DNA of 64,000 nucleotides, taken from assembly GCA_965263035.1 (NCBI GenBank), contig OZ253580.1:2816001-2880000 (forward strand), read 5' to 3'. Below are positions 39,789 through 48,196 of this stretch, in pieces. The stretch is from Acidobacteriota bacterium. GTDB taxonomy: Bacteria; Acidobacteriota; UBA6911; RPQK01; JAJDTT01. Position 1 is the stretch's first letter, and every line of letters begins with the position of its first letter. A program made the position numbers and the translations under genes. The notes beneath the pieces were generated by a model. That model did no database searches and had not been told where the DNA came from. It saw nothing but the letters and a program-made list of their open reading frames with translations.

Positions 39789-42700
39789 ATGAACTCAGTA
39801 TCCGAATACCTCAAGGGCAAGACACTGTTCATCACCGGAGCCACCGGCTTCCTGGGGCAGTGCCTGGTCGAGAAAATCATCTGGGCGGTACCGGACGTCG
39901 AGCGCGTCTACGTCCTGATCCGCCCGCGAACGAACCTGCGCGGCGCGGTCGTGACCGCCCAGATGAGGTTGGAACGGGAACTCTTCCAATCCAGTTGCTT
40001 CGACCGCCTCCGGGGCAGGCTCGGTGACGGCTTTTTGGCCTTCCTGAAAGAAAAACTGGTCGCGGTTTCCGGAGACTTGTCCAGGGACGGCCTGAACATC
40101 GACGAGCCGACGCGGCTTCGCCTTCAGGGCGAGACCGACATCGTCATCAACAGTGCCGCCGTCGTCTCCTTCGACGCCCCGTTGGACGAAGCCTACCACC
40201 TGAACGTCCGGGGAGCTCAGCGCGTCGCCCGGTTCGCCCAATCCTGCGACCACTGCGTCCTGGTGCACGTTTCCACCGCCTACGTCTGCGGCGCCGCCGT
40301 CGGTTCCGTGCCGGAAACGATTCCGGGGGGATCGGTTCAGGGCGCTGGGCTCTTCCCGGCGCGAGCCTTCAGCGACGTGGATCTGGACATCGAACGCATC
40401 GAGACGATACTCACCTCGGTCCGGGAACGCGCCTATGCGCCCGAACTCGAGCGCGAATTCGCGGCGGCCCTGCTGCGCCGGTTCAAGCGGTCGAAGCGGG
40501 GCCGCAACGTTCGGAGACGGGAGAAGATCGAGAATCTCCGCAAGAAATGGATCCAGAACCAGCTTTCCCACGAAGGGATGCGCTGGGCTCGCGAGCGGGG
40601 CTGGAACGACACGTACACCTACACCAAGGCCATCGGGGAGCGGATGGTCTTGCGGACCCGGAACGGAGCTCCGACCATCATCATTCGCCCCTCCGTCATC
40701 GAGAGCGGTTTTTCCGAACCGAGCCCCGGATGGCTCGAGGGCCTTCGCATGGCGGACCCTCTAATTGCCGCCATCGGCAAGGGGCGCCTCCGGGCCCTGC
40801 CCCTGAGCCCCAAGGTCATCATCGACCTGGTGCCCGTGGATATGGTGGTGAACGCGCTGCTGGCGGCGCTCCCCGCCGTCTCGACCGCGACGGGCGTCCA
40901 GATCTACCAGGTGGCCACCGGGTCCTGCAATCCCATCACGCTGGGCTATCTCTACGATCTCATCTATCGCTATTTCAAGAGAAACCCCATGTTCGACAAG
41001 TCGGGGCGGCCGATCAACATCCGCCGCCTCCGCTTCCCGAAACCGACCAGCTTCCGTTTGCAACATCGACTCAAGGCGTTGCCCCTGAACGCGGCGGCCA
41101 GCATCTTGGACAAGCTCTCCGTATTCGAAGCGTTCGACGGCGCCCAGCGCTTCAACCGCCGCCTTTCGGCCCTGAAGGCCGCTCATGAGAAGCTGTATTA
41201 CTTCGGAGAAATCTACGAACCGTATCTGAACCTGAATTGCCGCTTCGGAGTGGAGAACACGCTGGGCCTTCTGGACACGATGCCCCCCGAGGAGCGGGAA
41301 GTCTTCAACTTCGACGTGACGCGCCTGAACTGGCGCCACTACGTTCAGAACATCCACATCCCAGGGGTCAAGAAATTCATTTTGAAGATGGAGGGAGCCG
41401 GAACGCTGGAACTGGATGTCCAACCGTCCGGTGAAGGCCAATCCGTCTCGACCATCAACGACCTCCTGGCATACAGCGCATCCCGGTACTCCGAGAAGAC
41501 CGCGCTTCGGATGCAGCGCGCCGGTGAGTGGATCAGCTATACGTACGCGGATCTCCAGCGCCGGGCCCGGACCGTCGGCCGGCAACTCCAGATCGAGGGC
41601 CTGGTCAAGGGCGACCGAGTGGTCCTTTTTGCGGAAAACCAGCCGGACTGGGGCGCCGCGTACCTGGGTGCAGCTTCCCGGGGCGTCGTGGTCGTTCCCC
41701 TCGATGCCCAGGCGTGGCACCGTGAGGTCTGGTCCGTCGCCCGCTTCACCGAGGCCCGTGCCATCCTGGCTTCCGATCGCACGATCGAGCGGCTGACGCC
41801 CGGCAGCCTGGCGCGGAATGAAGCCGGCGAGACCCCAATTCGACTCCTGAACATCAACGACCTGGCCCAACCGTTCGACCTTCCGCAATACCCCGGAAGC
41901 ACCGGAACGGCGGCCCCTGTTCCCGAGCCGCCCGGCGACCGCCCGGTGAGAGTCGAAGCCGAGGATCCGGCTTCCATCATCTTCACCACCACCACGGCAG
42001 CGGACCCCAAGGGGGCCGTTCACACTCATTCCAGCTTCCTCAGCAATCTCCACGGCATGAACCGTTATCTGGCGGCAGAGGAGACGGATCAGATCCTTTC
42101 AGTACTCCCTCTTTACCATGCTCTGGAGTTCACGTGCGGCTTCCTGTCCCCCCTGTACGGGGGCGCGACCATCACCTACCTTCACTCCCTGAAGCCGCGA
42201 GTCATCCTGAAGACCATGCGGGAGACGGGCACCACCTGCATGTTGGGCGTCCCCAGTCTCTACGCACTGATCCGGGACGACATCAACCGGCGCACCCTGC
42301 GCGCCTCCAAGTCACCTCTGAAGTCCAACCTGGTGGCCAAATCGCGCCAGCTCAGCAAGTCCATCGACAAGACCTTCGGCAAGAACCTGGGGCGCCAGAT
42401 CTTCGCTCGGGTCCACCAGGAATTCGGGGGCAAGATCCGAGCATTCGTCAGTGGCGGTTCTTCTCTGGGCGACGAACTCTACGATGACTTCAAGGCCTTG
42501 GGCCTGACCATCTACGAGGGCTACGGGCTCACCGAGACCGCGCCGGTCCTCACGGTCAATCCGTTGAATCGAAGCCGTCGGGGCTCGGCCGGCAAGCCGT
42601 TGCCCGGGACCGAGTTGCGGATCTTTCGGGCCAATGACCGGGGAGAGGGCGAGATCATCGTCCGTACGCCCAGCCTTATGAAGGGCTATTACAAGAACCC

Positions 42701-44159
42701 GAAAGCCACCCGGGCCGCGATGCGAGACGGCTGGTTTCACACCGGTGATCTGGGGTGGGTGGACGAGGACGGGTACCTCTACATTACAGGGCGCAAGAAA
42801 AACGTCATCGTCACAGGCGCCGGCAAGAACGTCTACCCCGTGGACCTGGAGGCCATCTACCGCAACGTTCCGGCCGTCGAAGACATCTGCGTGGTGGGAA
42901 CGCCCAAGGGACTGACCGAAGACGTCCATGCCGTGATCGTGCCCAAGAAGGAGATATTGCGGGACGTGGCGATGGAGGAATGGCCGCGGGCCATGAAGCG
43001 GGCCACTCGCGCCCTGGCCCGCCAGCTCCCGGGCTATCAGCGGCTGCAGCACATCCATCTTGCGGAAACGCCCCTACCGCGGCGCGGTGACGGGTCTCTC
43101 GCCCGCGACGTGATCCTGCAAAACGTGCGCCGAAGCCTCGCCCGCTCTCAGGCTCGCGGCGGACCGGGAGCGCGTCCCCGGGACAGTGACGTCGCAGCGG
43201 AGCTGACTCGGGAGCTGAGCCGCATTTCCGGGATTCCCGCAGCGGAAATCACGCCCGAATCTCATCTCTACACCGACGTGGGCCTGGATTCGCTCGCCGC
43301 CATGGAGCTGCTGATTCAACTGGAGCACCGGTTCGGCATCTCGCTATCGGAAGAGCGCGTCGCCTCCCTGGTGAGCTTTGGCCATCTGGTCGATGCGGTG
43401 AAGGAGAGCAAGGCGGCGACTGTGGCCGGACGCACCGACACCATCGCCGTCCGGTCCACCTTGCCATGGTCACAGCGCCCGTCCGTAGACCGCGCCCTCC
43501 TCGGCCTCTCCTTCTCCGCTCTGCGGCTCCTGTACGCAAGCTACTTCCGGCTGCAGCTGCGTTTTCCGGAACACCTTCCCCGTGAGGAGGCCTACATCAT
43601 CGCCGCCAACCATTCCAGCCATCTGGACAGCGGCGCCATCATTGCCGCATTGGCGGGGGCGCTGGGACCAAGCCAAGCCAGGAAGCTCCATCTTCTCGGG
43701 GCCCGCGACTACTTCTTCAACAATCCCCTTCGCGCCTGGTTTTTCAGCACCTTTCTCAACGTGGTGCCCATCGAACGGGAGGAGACCTCGCTGGCGGGAC
43801 TCCGCACCATCCAGACGATCCTGCAGGAAGGCGAACCCGTTCTCATCTTTCCGGAGGGGACGCGGTCCCGCACCGGGGAACTCCGATCCTTCAAGCCGGG
43901 GCTGGGCCTCATCGCCCGGGAGCTCAGGGTGCCGATCGTCCCCACTCACATCGACGGCACCTATCGGGCCTTCCCGGCGGGACGCTACCTTCCCCGTCCG
44001 GGACGGCTGGCGGTGACATTCGGCAAACCGATCAGGACCGAGCAATACTTCACGGACGGCGTCGATGAGTCCCGCGTCCGCCTCTACCGAAAGATCGCCG
44101 GGGACATCCGCGAGCATGTCATCCGGTTGGGGGACGGGGTCCGGGAGGAACCGGTTTGA
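39789..44159 (+). CDS. ElbD-like multifunctional enzyme: fatty acyl reductase + AMP-binding + ACP + PlsC-type acyltransferase
   Basis: TGATGFLG and YTYTK (FAR); YEGYGLTE, FHTGDLG and GKNVYP (AMP-binding); GLDSL (ACP); NHSSHLD and FPEGTRS (acyltransferase). The domain order matches myxobacterial ElbD. Confidence 0.88.
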   Translation: MNSVSEYLKGKTLFITGATGFLGQCLVEKIIWAVPDVERVYVLIRPRTNLRGAVVTAQMRLERELFQSSCFDRLRGRLGDGFLAFLKEKLVAVSGDLSRDGLNIDEPTRLRLQGETDIVINSAAVVSFDAPLDEAYHLNVRGAQRVARFAQSCDHCVLVHVSTAYVCGAAVGSVPETIPGGSVQGAGLFPARAFSDVDLDIERIETILTSVRERAYAPELEREFAAALLRRFKRSKRGRNVRRREKIENLRKKWIQNQLSHEGMRWARERGWNDTYTYTKAIGERMVLRTRNGAPTIIIRPSVIESGFSEPSPGWLEGLRMADPLIAAIGKGRLRALPLSPKVIIDLVPVDMVVNALLAALPAVSTATGVQIYQVATGSCNPITLGYLYDLIYRYFKRNPMFDKSGRPINIRRLRFPKPTSFRLQHRLKALPLNAAASILDKLSVFEAFDGAQRFNRRLSALKAAHEKLYYFGEIYEPYLNLNCRFGVENTLGLLDTMPPEEREVFNFDVTRLNWRHYVQNIHIPGVKKFILKMEGAGTLELDVQPSGEGQSVSTINDLLAYSASRYSEKTALRMQRAGEWISYTYADLQRRARTVGRQLQIEGLVKGDRVVLFAENQPDWGAAYLGAASRGVVVVPLDAQAWHREVWSVARFTEARAILASDRTIERLTPGSLARNEAGETPIRLLNINDLAQPFDLPQYPGSTGTAAPVPEPPGDRPVRVEAEDPASIIFTTTTAADPKGAVHTHSSFLSNLHGMNRYLAAEETDQILSVLPLYHALEFTCGFLSPLYGGATITYLHSLKPRVILKTMRETGTTCMLGVPSLYALIRDDINRRTLRASKSPLKSNLVAKSRQLSKSIDKTFGKNLGRQIFARVHQEFGGKIRAFVSGGSSLGDELYDDFKALGLTIYEGYGLTETAPVLTVNPLNRSRRGSAGKPLPGTELRIFRANDRGEGEIIVRTPSLMKGYYKNPKATRAAMRDGWFHTGDLGWVDEDGYLYITGRKKNVIVTGAGKNVYPVDLEAIYRNVPAVEDICVVGTPKGLTEDVHAVIVPKKEILRDVAMEEWPRAMKRATRALARQLPGYQRLQHIHLAETPLPRRGDGSLARDVILQNVRRSLARSQARGGPGARPRDSDVAAELTRELSRISGIPAAEITPESHLYTDVGLDSLAAMELLIQLEHRFGISLSEERVASLVSFGHLVDAVKESKAATVAGRTDTIAVRSTLPWSQRPSVDRALLGLSFSALRLLYASYFRLQLRFPEHLPREEAYIIAANHSSHLDSGAIIAALAGALGPSQARKLHLLGARDYFFNNPLRAWFFSTFLNVVPIEREETSLAGLRTIQTILQEGEPVLIFPEGTRSRTGELRSFKPGLGLIARELRVPIVPTHIDGTYRAFPAGRYLPRPGRLAVTFGKPIRTEQYFTDGVDESRVRLYRKIAGDIREHVIRLGDGVREEPV

Positions 44160-44185
44160 CCCGGCAGGCCACGCCCCTCTAGAAT
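44156..44185 (+). promoter_or_regulatory. Sigma70-type promoter of tRNA-Ser
   Basis: TTGACC-N18-TAGAAT; the -35 overlaps the stop of the upstream gene. Confidence 0.6.
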
Positions 44186-44202
44186 GGCGTCCTTCTCTGG
44201 CC

Positions 44203-44294
44203 GGAGAGGTGCTGGAGTGGCTGAACAGGGCTGCCTGCTAAGCAGTTACTCGGGGGAACCTGGGTCGGGGGTTCGAATCCCCCCCTCTCCGCCA
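44203..44294 (+). tRNA. tRNA-Ser (GCT)
   Basis: GGAGAGG/CCTCTCC acceptor stem, CT-GCT-AA loop, long variable arm, GGTTCGAATCC and encoded CCA. Confidence 0.96.
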
Positions 44295-44329
44295 CCCGCC
44301 TGCCTTCACTCTCCTCTTTCCTGTGTTTC

Positions 44330-45133
44330 TCAGAAACGGAACACCAACAAGAACTGAGGAATCACTTCGTCCGCGTCCTCGAAGCCGAACTTGTTGATCC
44401 AGACGTGCATTTCGACCCCTGCGAAGATCCGGCCCGGGCGCTTGGCGATTGCCTTGCCCACGTCGAACCGCAACTGCGGCTGAAGCAGGACCCAGTAGGG
44501 TGCGCGGGTCCCGAACTCGGTGTCTCGCGGGCTCTGCCATTCTCCGTGCCCCTCGAAAGAGAACGACCCGCCGGCGATCTCGAAGGGCAGGCCCCAGTTG
44601 AAGTCGACAAGATGGCTGTTGCCTTCCTTTGGGGCGCCGCCGGCCGCAACTCCCTGGTTGCGATCCACCAGATACACGTAATCGACGTTCGCAAAGGCGA
44701 AACCGGCAAGATCGAGCTGGAACCGGAAACCGGGGCCGATCTTGAGAACCTTTGCCTGAGCTCCCCAGTTCAGCCCCCCCAGGGGACCGATCCCCCGGAT
44801 GCGCCCCCAAGACAGTTTCTGTCCGGTGATCGATCCCAGGTCGAAGTAGGGATACCACTCCATGTAGATATCCCGGTCCGCACTCGACCCCGAGCAGCAG
44901 ATCATGTCCACGAAGAAGAAGTTCTCTCCGTGGCTCCAGCCGCTGGCGTGCTGAAGGGTCAGAATATTCTGAAACCCACTGGGGCTCACCAGGTGAGGCC
45001 GGAGTGCGCTGCCACCCTGGTAATGAGCCTCGGTAACGCTCCACCCCTGGGCCAGAACGTCCCCCTCGAACACCAGTGGACAAACCGCAATCAGAACCAG
45101 GACGACGCTGCAACGGCGGCTCGTCTTCTTCAT
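44330..45133 (-). CDS. Outer-membrane beta-barrel protein, Tsx/nucleoside-channel-like
   Basis: Signal peptide, TLQHASGWSHGENFFFVD, LLQPQLRFDVG, WINKFG and terminal Phe. Confidence 0.75.
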   Translation of the reverse strand: MKKTSRRCSVVLVLIAVCPLVFEGDVLAQGWSVTEAHYQGGSALRPHLVSPSGFQNILTLQHASGWSHGENFFFVDMICCSGSSADRDIYMEWYPYFDLGSITGQKLSWGRIRGIGPLGGLNWGAQAKVLKIGPGFRFQLDLAGFAFANVDYVYLVDRNQGVAAGGAPKEGNSHLVDFNWGLPFEIAGGSFSFEGHGEWQSPRDTEFGTRAPYWVLLQPQLRFDVGKAIAKRPGRIFAGVEMHVWINKFGFEDADEVIPQFLLVFRF

Positions 45134-45188
45134 GGCATGCAATGGCTACAAATTCGGTGCGGACCTCTGGACGCCGCGCTGTGGCCTT

Positions 45189-45857
45189 TCAGTGCGCCGC
45201 CGGTTTCCGCTTCCAGGCAAATTTGCCGATCAAGGGTACGAAAATACATCGTTCCGCGCGGCTGGTTCGATATCCGTCTCCCCCCCGGGTCACGATGTGC
45301 AGGACCTGCGAAAAATCCCGTCCCACGGGGATCACCAAGCGCCCTGTTTCGCTCAGCTGCAGCAGCAGGGGCTCGGGGATTCTGGGAGATGCTGCGCCGA
45401 CGATGATGCTCTTGAACGGTGCGCATTCTTCCCAGCCCAGCGTCCCGTCGGCCACTCTCACTTGGACATCCTGATACCCCAGCTCGGCGAGCCGATTCAC
45501 CGCCTGGTTGGCGAGTTCCGGGATCCGTTCCACGGTGAAGACCTGAGCCTTCATGGTCGAAAGCAACGCAGCCTGATACCCGCTTCCGGTCCCTATCTCC
45601 AGCACCCGGTTGCCCGGGGACACCCTCGCCGCCTGAACCATGGCGGCAATCATGTAGGGCTGACTGACGGTCTGATCATGGCCGATGGGAATGGGGCCGT
45701 CATCGTACGCCCGCTCAACCCATTTGTCAGGCACGAAACGATGACGGGGGACTTCCAGGAACGCCTCCAGGATCCTGCGGTCCCGGATGCCTCGGGCTCT
45801 CAGTTGCTTCTCCACCATCTTGCGGCGTTCCGGGCCGTAGGATGCGCGTCGTTTCAT
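45189..45857 (-). CDS. pcm: Protein-L-isoaspartate O-methyltransferase
   Basis: VPRHRFV, QTVSQPY, VLEIGTGSGYQAA and DGTLGW. Confidence 0.96.
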   Translation of the reverse strand: MKRRASYGPERRKMVEKQLRARGIRDRRILEAFLEVPRHRFVPDKWVERAYDDGPIPIGHDQTVSQPYMIAAMVQAARVSPGNRVLEIGTGSGYQAALLSTMKAQVFTVERIPELANQAVNRLAELGYQDVQVRVADGTLGWEECAPFKSIIVGAASPRIPEPLLLQLSETGRLVIPVGRDFSQVLHIVTRGGDGYRTSRAERCIFVPLIGKFAWKRKPAAH

Positions 45858-46636
45858 GCCGCTCCCCGGCAGAATGACCTCCGATGAACCGGCGTCCTCC
45901 CATATTTCTCGATTGCCCGACGGTGCTGTCTGGTCGGGTAGCCCTTGTGGCGGGCAAATCCATATTCCGGATACACGCGGTCCAGCTTGATCATGATCCG
46001 ATCCCGATGGGTCTTCGCCAGGATCGATGCCCCGGCTATTGAGAAGTGCCTGCGATCCCCGCCGACGCAGGTCTCCTGCGGGATCTCGAGGTCCGGAATC
46101 CGGCGGCCGTCCACCAGAGCAACCTCCGGCGCCGGCCGGAGAACTGCGACGGCCCGCTTCATGGCCAGAAGACCGGCATGGAAGATATTCAGCCGGTCGA
46201 TCTCCGGCACCGACGCCTCTCCGATCCCCATGGCCACCGCGTCTCGGGAAATGATCTCGGCCAGCTCGTTGCGGCGGGCGCTCGAGAGTCTCTTGGAGTC
46301 GTCCATCCCGCAGATTTCAGTGCCCGGTTGGAAAATCACCGCGGCAGCGACGACCGGTCCCGCCAGCGGGCCCATGCCGGCTTCGTCTACGCCGGCGACC
46401 CGTACGGTCCCACTCCGCCACAGCCCTCGCTCCTTTTCCAGCATCGAATTCAACCGGCGGCTCTCCGCTCGGGCTGCGGCTCTCGCTCGCGCCAGGCGAC
46501 GCCCAAGACGCCGCACGCCGACTCTCGCGTCCCCCGCCAAGGTGGACAGGACCGCGGAAGTCACCCGGACTTCACCGGTGGCGAGGACTTCCCTGATCTG
46601 GGACAGGGTCAACCGAGACAGCTCCAGTGCCACCAT
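45854..46636 (-). CDS. rnhB: Ribonuclease HII
   Basis: AGVDEAGMGPLAGPV, DDSKRL, SIAGASILAK, HKGY and HRRSF. Confidence 0.96.
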   Translation of the reverse strand: MVALELSRLTLSQIREVLATGEVRVTSAVLSTLAGDARVGVRRLGRRLARARAAARAESRRLNSMLEKERGLWRSGTVRVAGVDEAGMGPLAGPVVAAAVIFQPGTEICGMDDSKRLSSARRNELAEIISRDAVAMGIGEASVPEIDRLNIFHAGLLAMKRAVAVLRPAPEVALVDGRRIPDLEIPQETCVGGDRRHFSIAGASILAKTHRDRIMIKLDRVYPEYGFARHKGYPTRQHRRAIEKYGRTPVHRRSFCRGAA

Positions 46637-46740
46637 GTAGTTCGCCACTCCAGCCGATTTCGACACGCATGAGCTCGGCCAGGGCACCGGCAGGCAGGGA
46701 ATGCGAAAAGGCCAGATCTTTTTCGGGTACCCGAAAGTCC

Positions 46741-46748
46741 ATTATAAT
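46741..46748. promoter_or_regulatory. Palindromic ATTATAAT: overlapping -10 elements for divergent rnhB and tyrA
   Basis: TATAAT is readable on both strands, between two divergent genes. Confidence 0.55.
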
Positions 46749-46756
46749 GCCCCGTT

Positions 46757-47506
46757 GTGAGCACCGGCAATATCGGCCTCCTGGGCTTTGGGCGCTTTGG
46801 CCAACTGGTCTACCGCCACCTGCCCGCCGGTAAGGTCGCCGGCGTATTCGATCAAGATCCCGCAAAACTGGCCGGCTTGTCCGATGCCGCCACCCTGGAG
46901 CAGGTTCTCACGGCCAAGTACATCATTATCGCCACCCCCATCTCCGCCATCGACCCCGTCTGCAAACAGATTTCTCCGAGCCTCAGGACCGGCCAAGTGA
47001 TCGTGGACACCTGCAGTGTCAAACAATATCCCGTCGACTGCATGTTGTCCCGCCTCCCCGCCGGGATTCAGATTCTGGGCACCCACCCCCTGTTCGGACC
47101 CGACAGCGGCAGGAATGGAATCGGGGGCATGAAGATCGCAGTCTGCCCGGTGCGAATCGAGTCCGCGAATTACGACCGCATACACGTCTTTCTCCACGAC
47201 CTCGGGTTGGAGGTCATCGAGACGACGCCGCGGGAGCACGACCGCAGACTCGCTCGCACTCAAGCCATCTTCCACCTCATCTCCCAGGCGCTGAAGGAGT
47301 TGGATTGGCGGGGGCAGCGACTCTCCACACCGGGCCCGGCTGCCTTCTATCGGCTGGCCGAAACCGTTCAGAACGACACGGCAGAGCTGTTTCTGGATAT
47401 GGAGCGGCGCAACGTCTACGCCCGCGCGTACCGGCGACAGTTCATCAGCAAACTGGTCGAGATCGACGAACTTCTCTCCCGGGGCGAGACGTCCGATCCG
47501 GCTTGA
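46757..47506 (+). CDS. tyrA: Prephenate/arogenate dehydrogenase
   Basis: GFGRFG Rossmann motif, DTCSVK, THPLFGP and EHDR. Confidence 0.88.
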   Translation: MSTGNIGLLGFGRFGQLVYRHLPAGKVAGVFDQDPAKLAGLSDAATLEQVLTAKYIIIATPISAIDPVCKQISPSLRTGQVIVDTCSVKQYPVDCMLSRLPAGIQILGTHPLFGPDSGRNGIGGMKIAVCPVRIESANYDRIHVFLHDLGLEVIETTPREHDRRLARTQAIFHLISQALKELDWRGQRLSTPGPAAFYRLAETVQNDTAELFLDMERRNVYARAYRRQFISKLVEIDELLSRGETSDPA

Positions 47507-47512
47507 GAAATC

Positions 47513-48196
47513 ATGAGCGCCGAAGCAGTGCACCTGTCGCAGCGCCTTCGTCTGGCCGCAGGGAGTACGGCCGGGTGGGCCCTGATTTGGAGCCTTGGCA
47601 CACTCCTTCGGTATCGAGTCGAAGGTTGGGAACACTTTGCCCGGTTAAATCGCCGGGGCATTCCCTTCATCTTCAGCTTCTGGCACAACCAGATCTTTTG
47701 CGCCACCCATTTCTGGCGATTCCGGGAGATCGGCGTGATCACCAGCCAGCATGCCGACGGGGAGTACATGGCTCGCATCATTCGCCGATTCGGGTACTTT
47801 CCGGCCAGGGGATCCAGCCGTCGGGGCTCTACCCAGGCTCTCCTCCAACTCAAACGCCATCTGGCCGACGGCCGGCCCGTGGGTTTTGCCGCCGACGGAC
47901 CCGTGGGCCCGGTCTACAAGGTCAAGCCGGGGCCGCTCTGGCTCTCCATGAAGACTGGGGTTCCCATCCTTCCGTTCCACATCCAGCCTCGCCGATTCTG
48001 GGCAGGGTCCGGTTGGGACGGATTTCGAATCCCCAAGCCCTTCTCCCAAGCTCTGGTGAAGATCGGACAGCCGCTCCTTGTACCCCCCGAACAATCCGCC
48101 GCGGACTGCCTGACCAGGTATCAGGAAACAATGGACGCCCTCAAGGAATACTGCGAATCCTACCCCTGGAGCCGGAAGAGCCGCCTGGAGGGCTGA
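47513..48196 (+). CDS. Lysophospholipid acyltransferase family protein (DUF374)
   Basis: FWHNQ, SQHADGE, RGSSRRG, DGPVGP and IPKPFS. Confidence 0.88.
   Translation: MSAEAVHLSQRLRLAAGSTAGWALIWSLGTLLRYRVEGWEHFARLNRRGIPFIFSFWHNQIFCATHFWRFREIGVITSQHADGEYMARIIRRFGYFPARGSSRRGSTQALLQLKRHLADGRPVGFAADGPVGPVYKVKPGPLWLSMKTGVPILPFHIQPRRFWAGSGWDGFRIPKPFSQALVKIGQPLLVPPEQSAADCLTRYQETMDALKEYCESYPWSRKSRLEG

Noticed and set aside
33764-44294. Genomic island integrated at selC or tRNA-Ser carrying the F420 and ElbD-like genes
   Set aside because: The block lies on the 5' side of both tRNAs; no integrase, no duplicated tRNA 3' end and no obvious compositional shift were seen.
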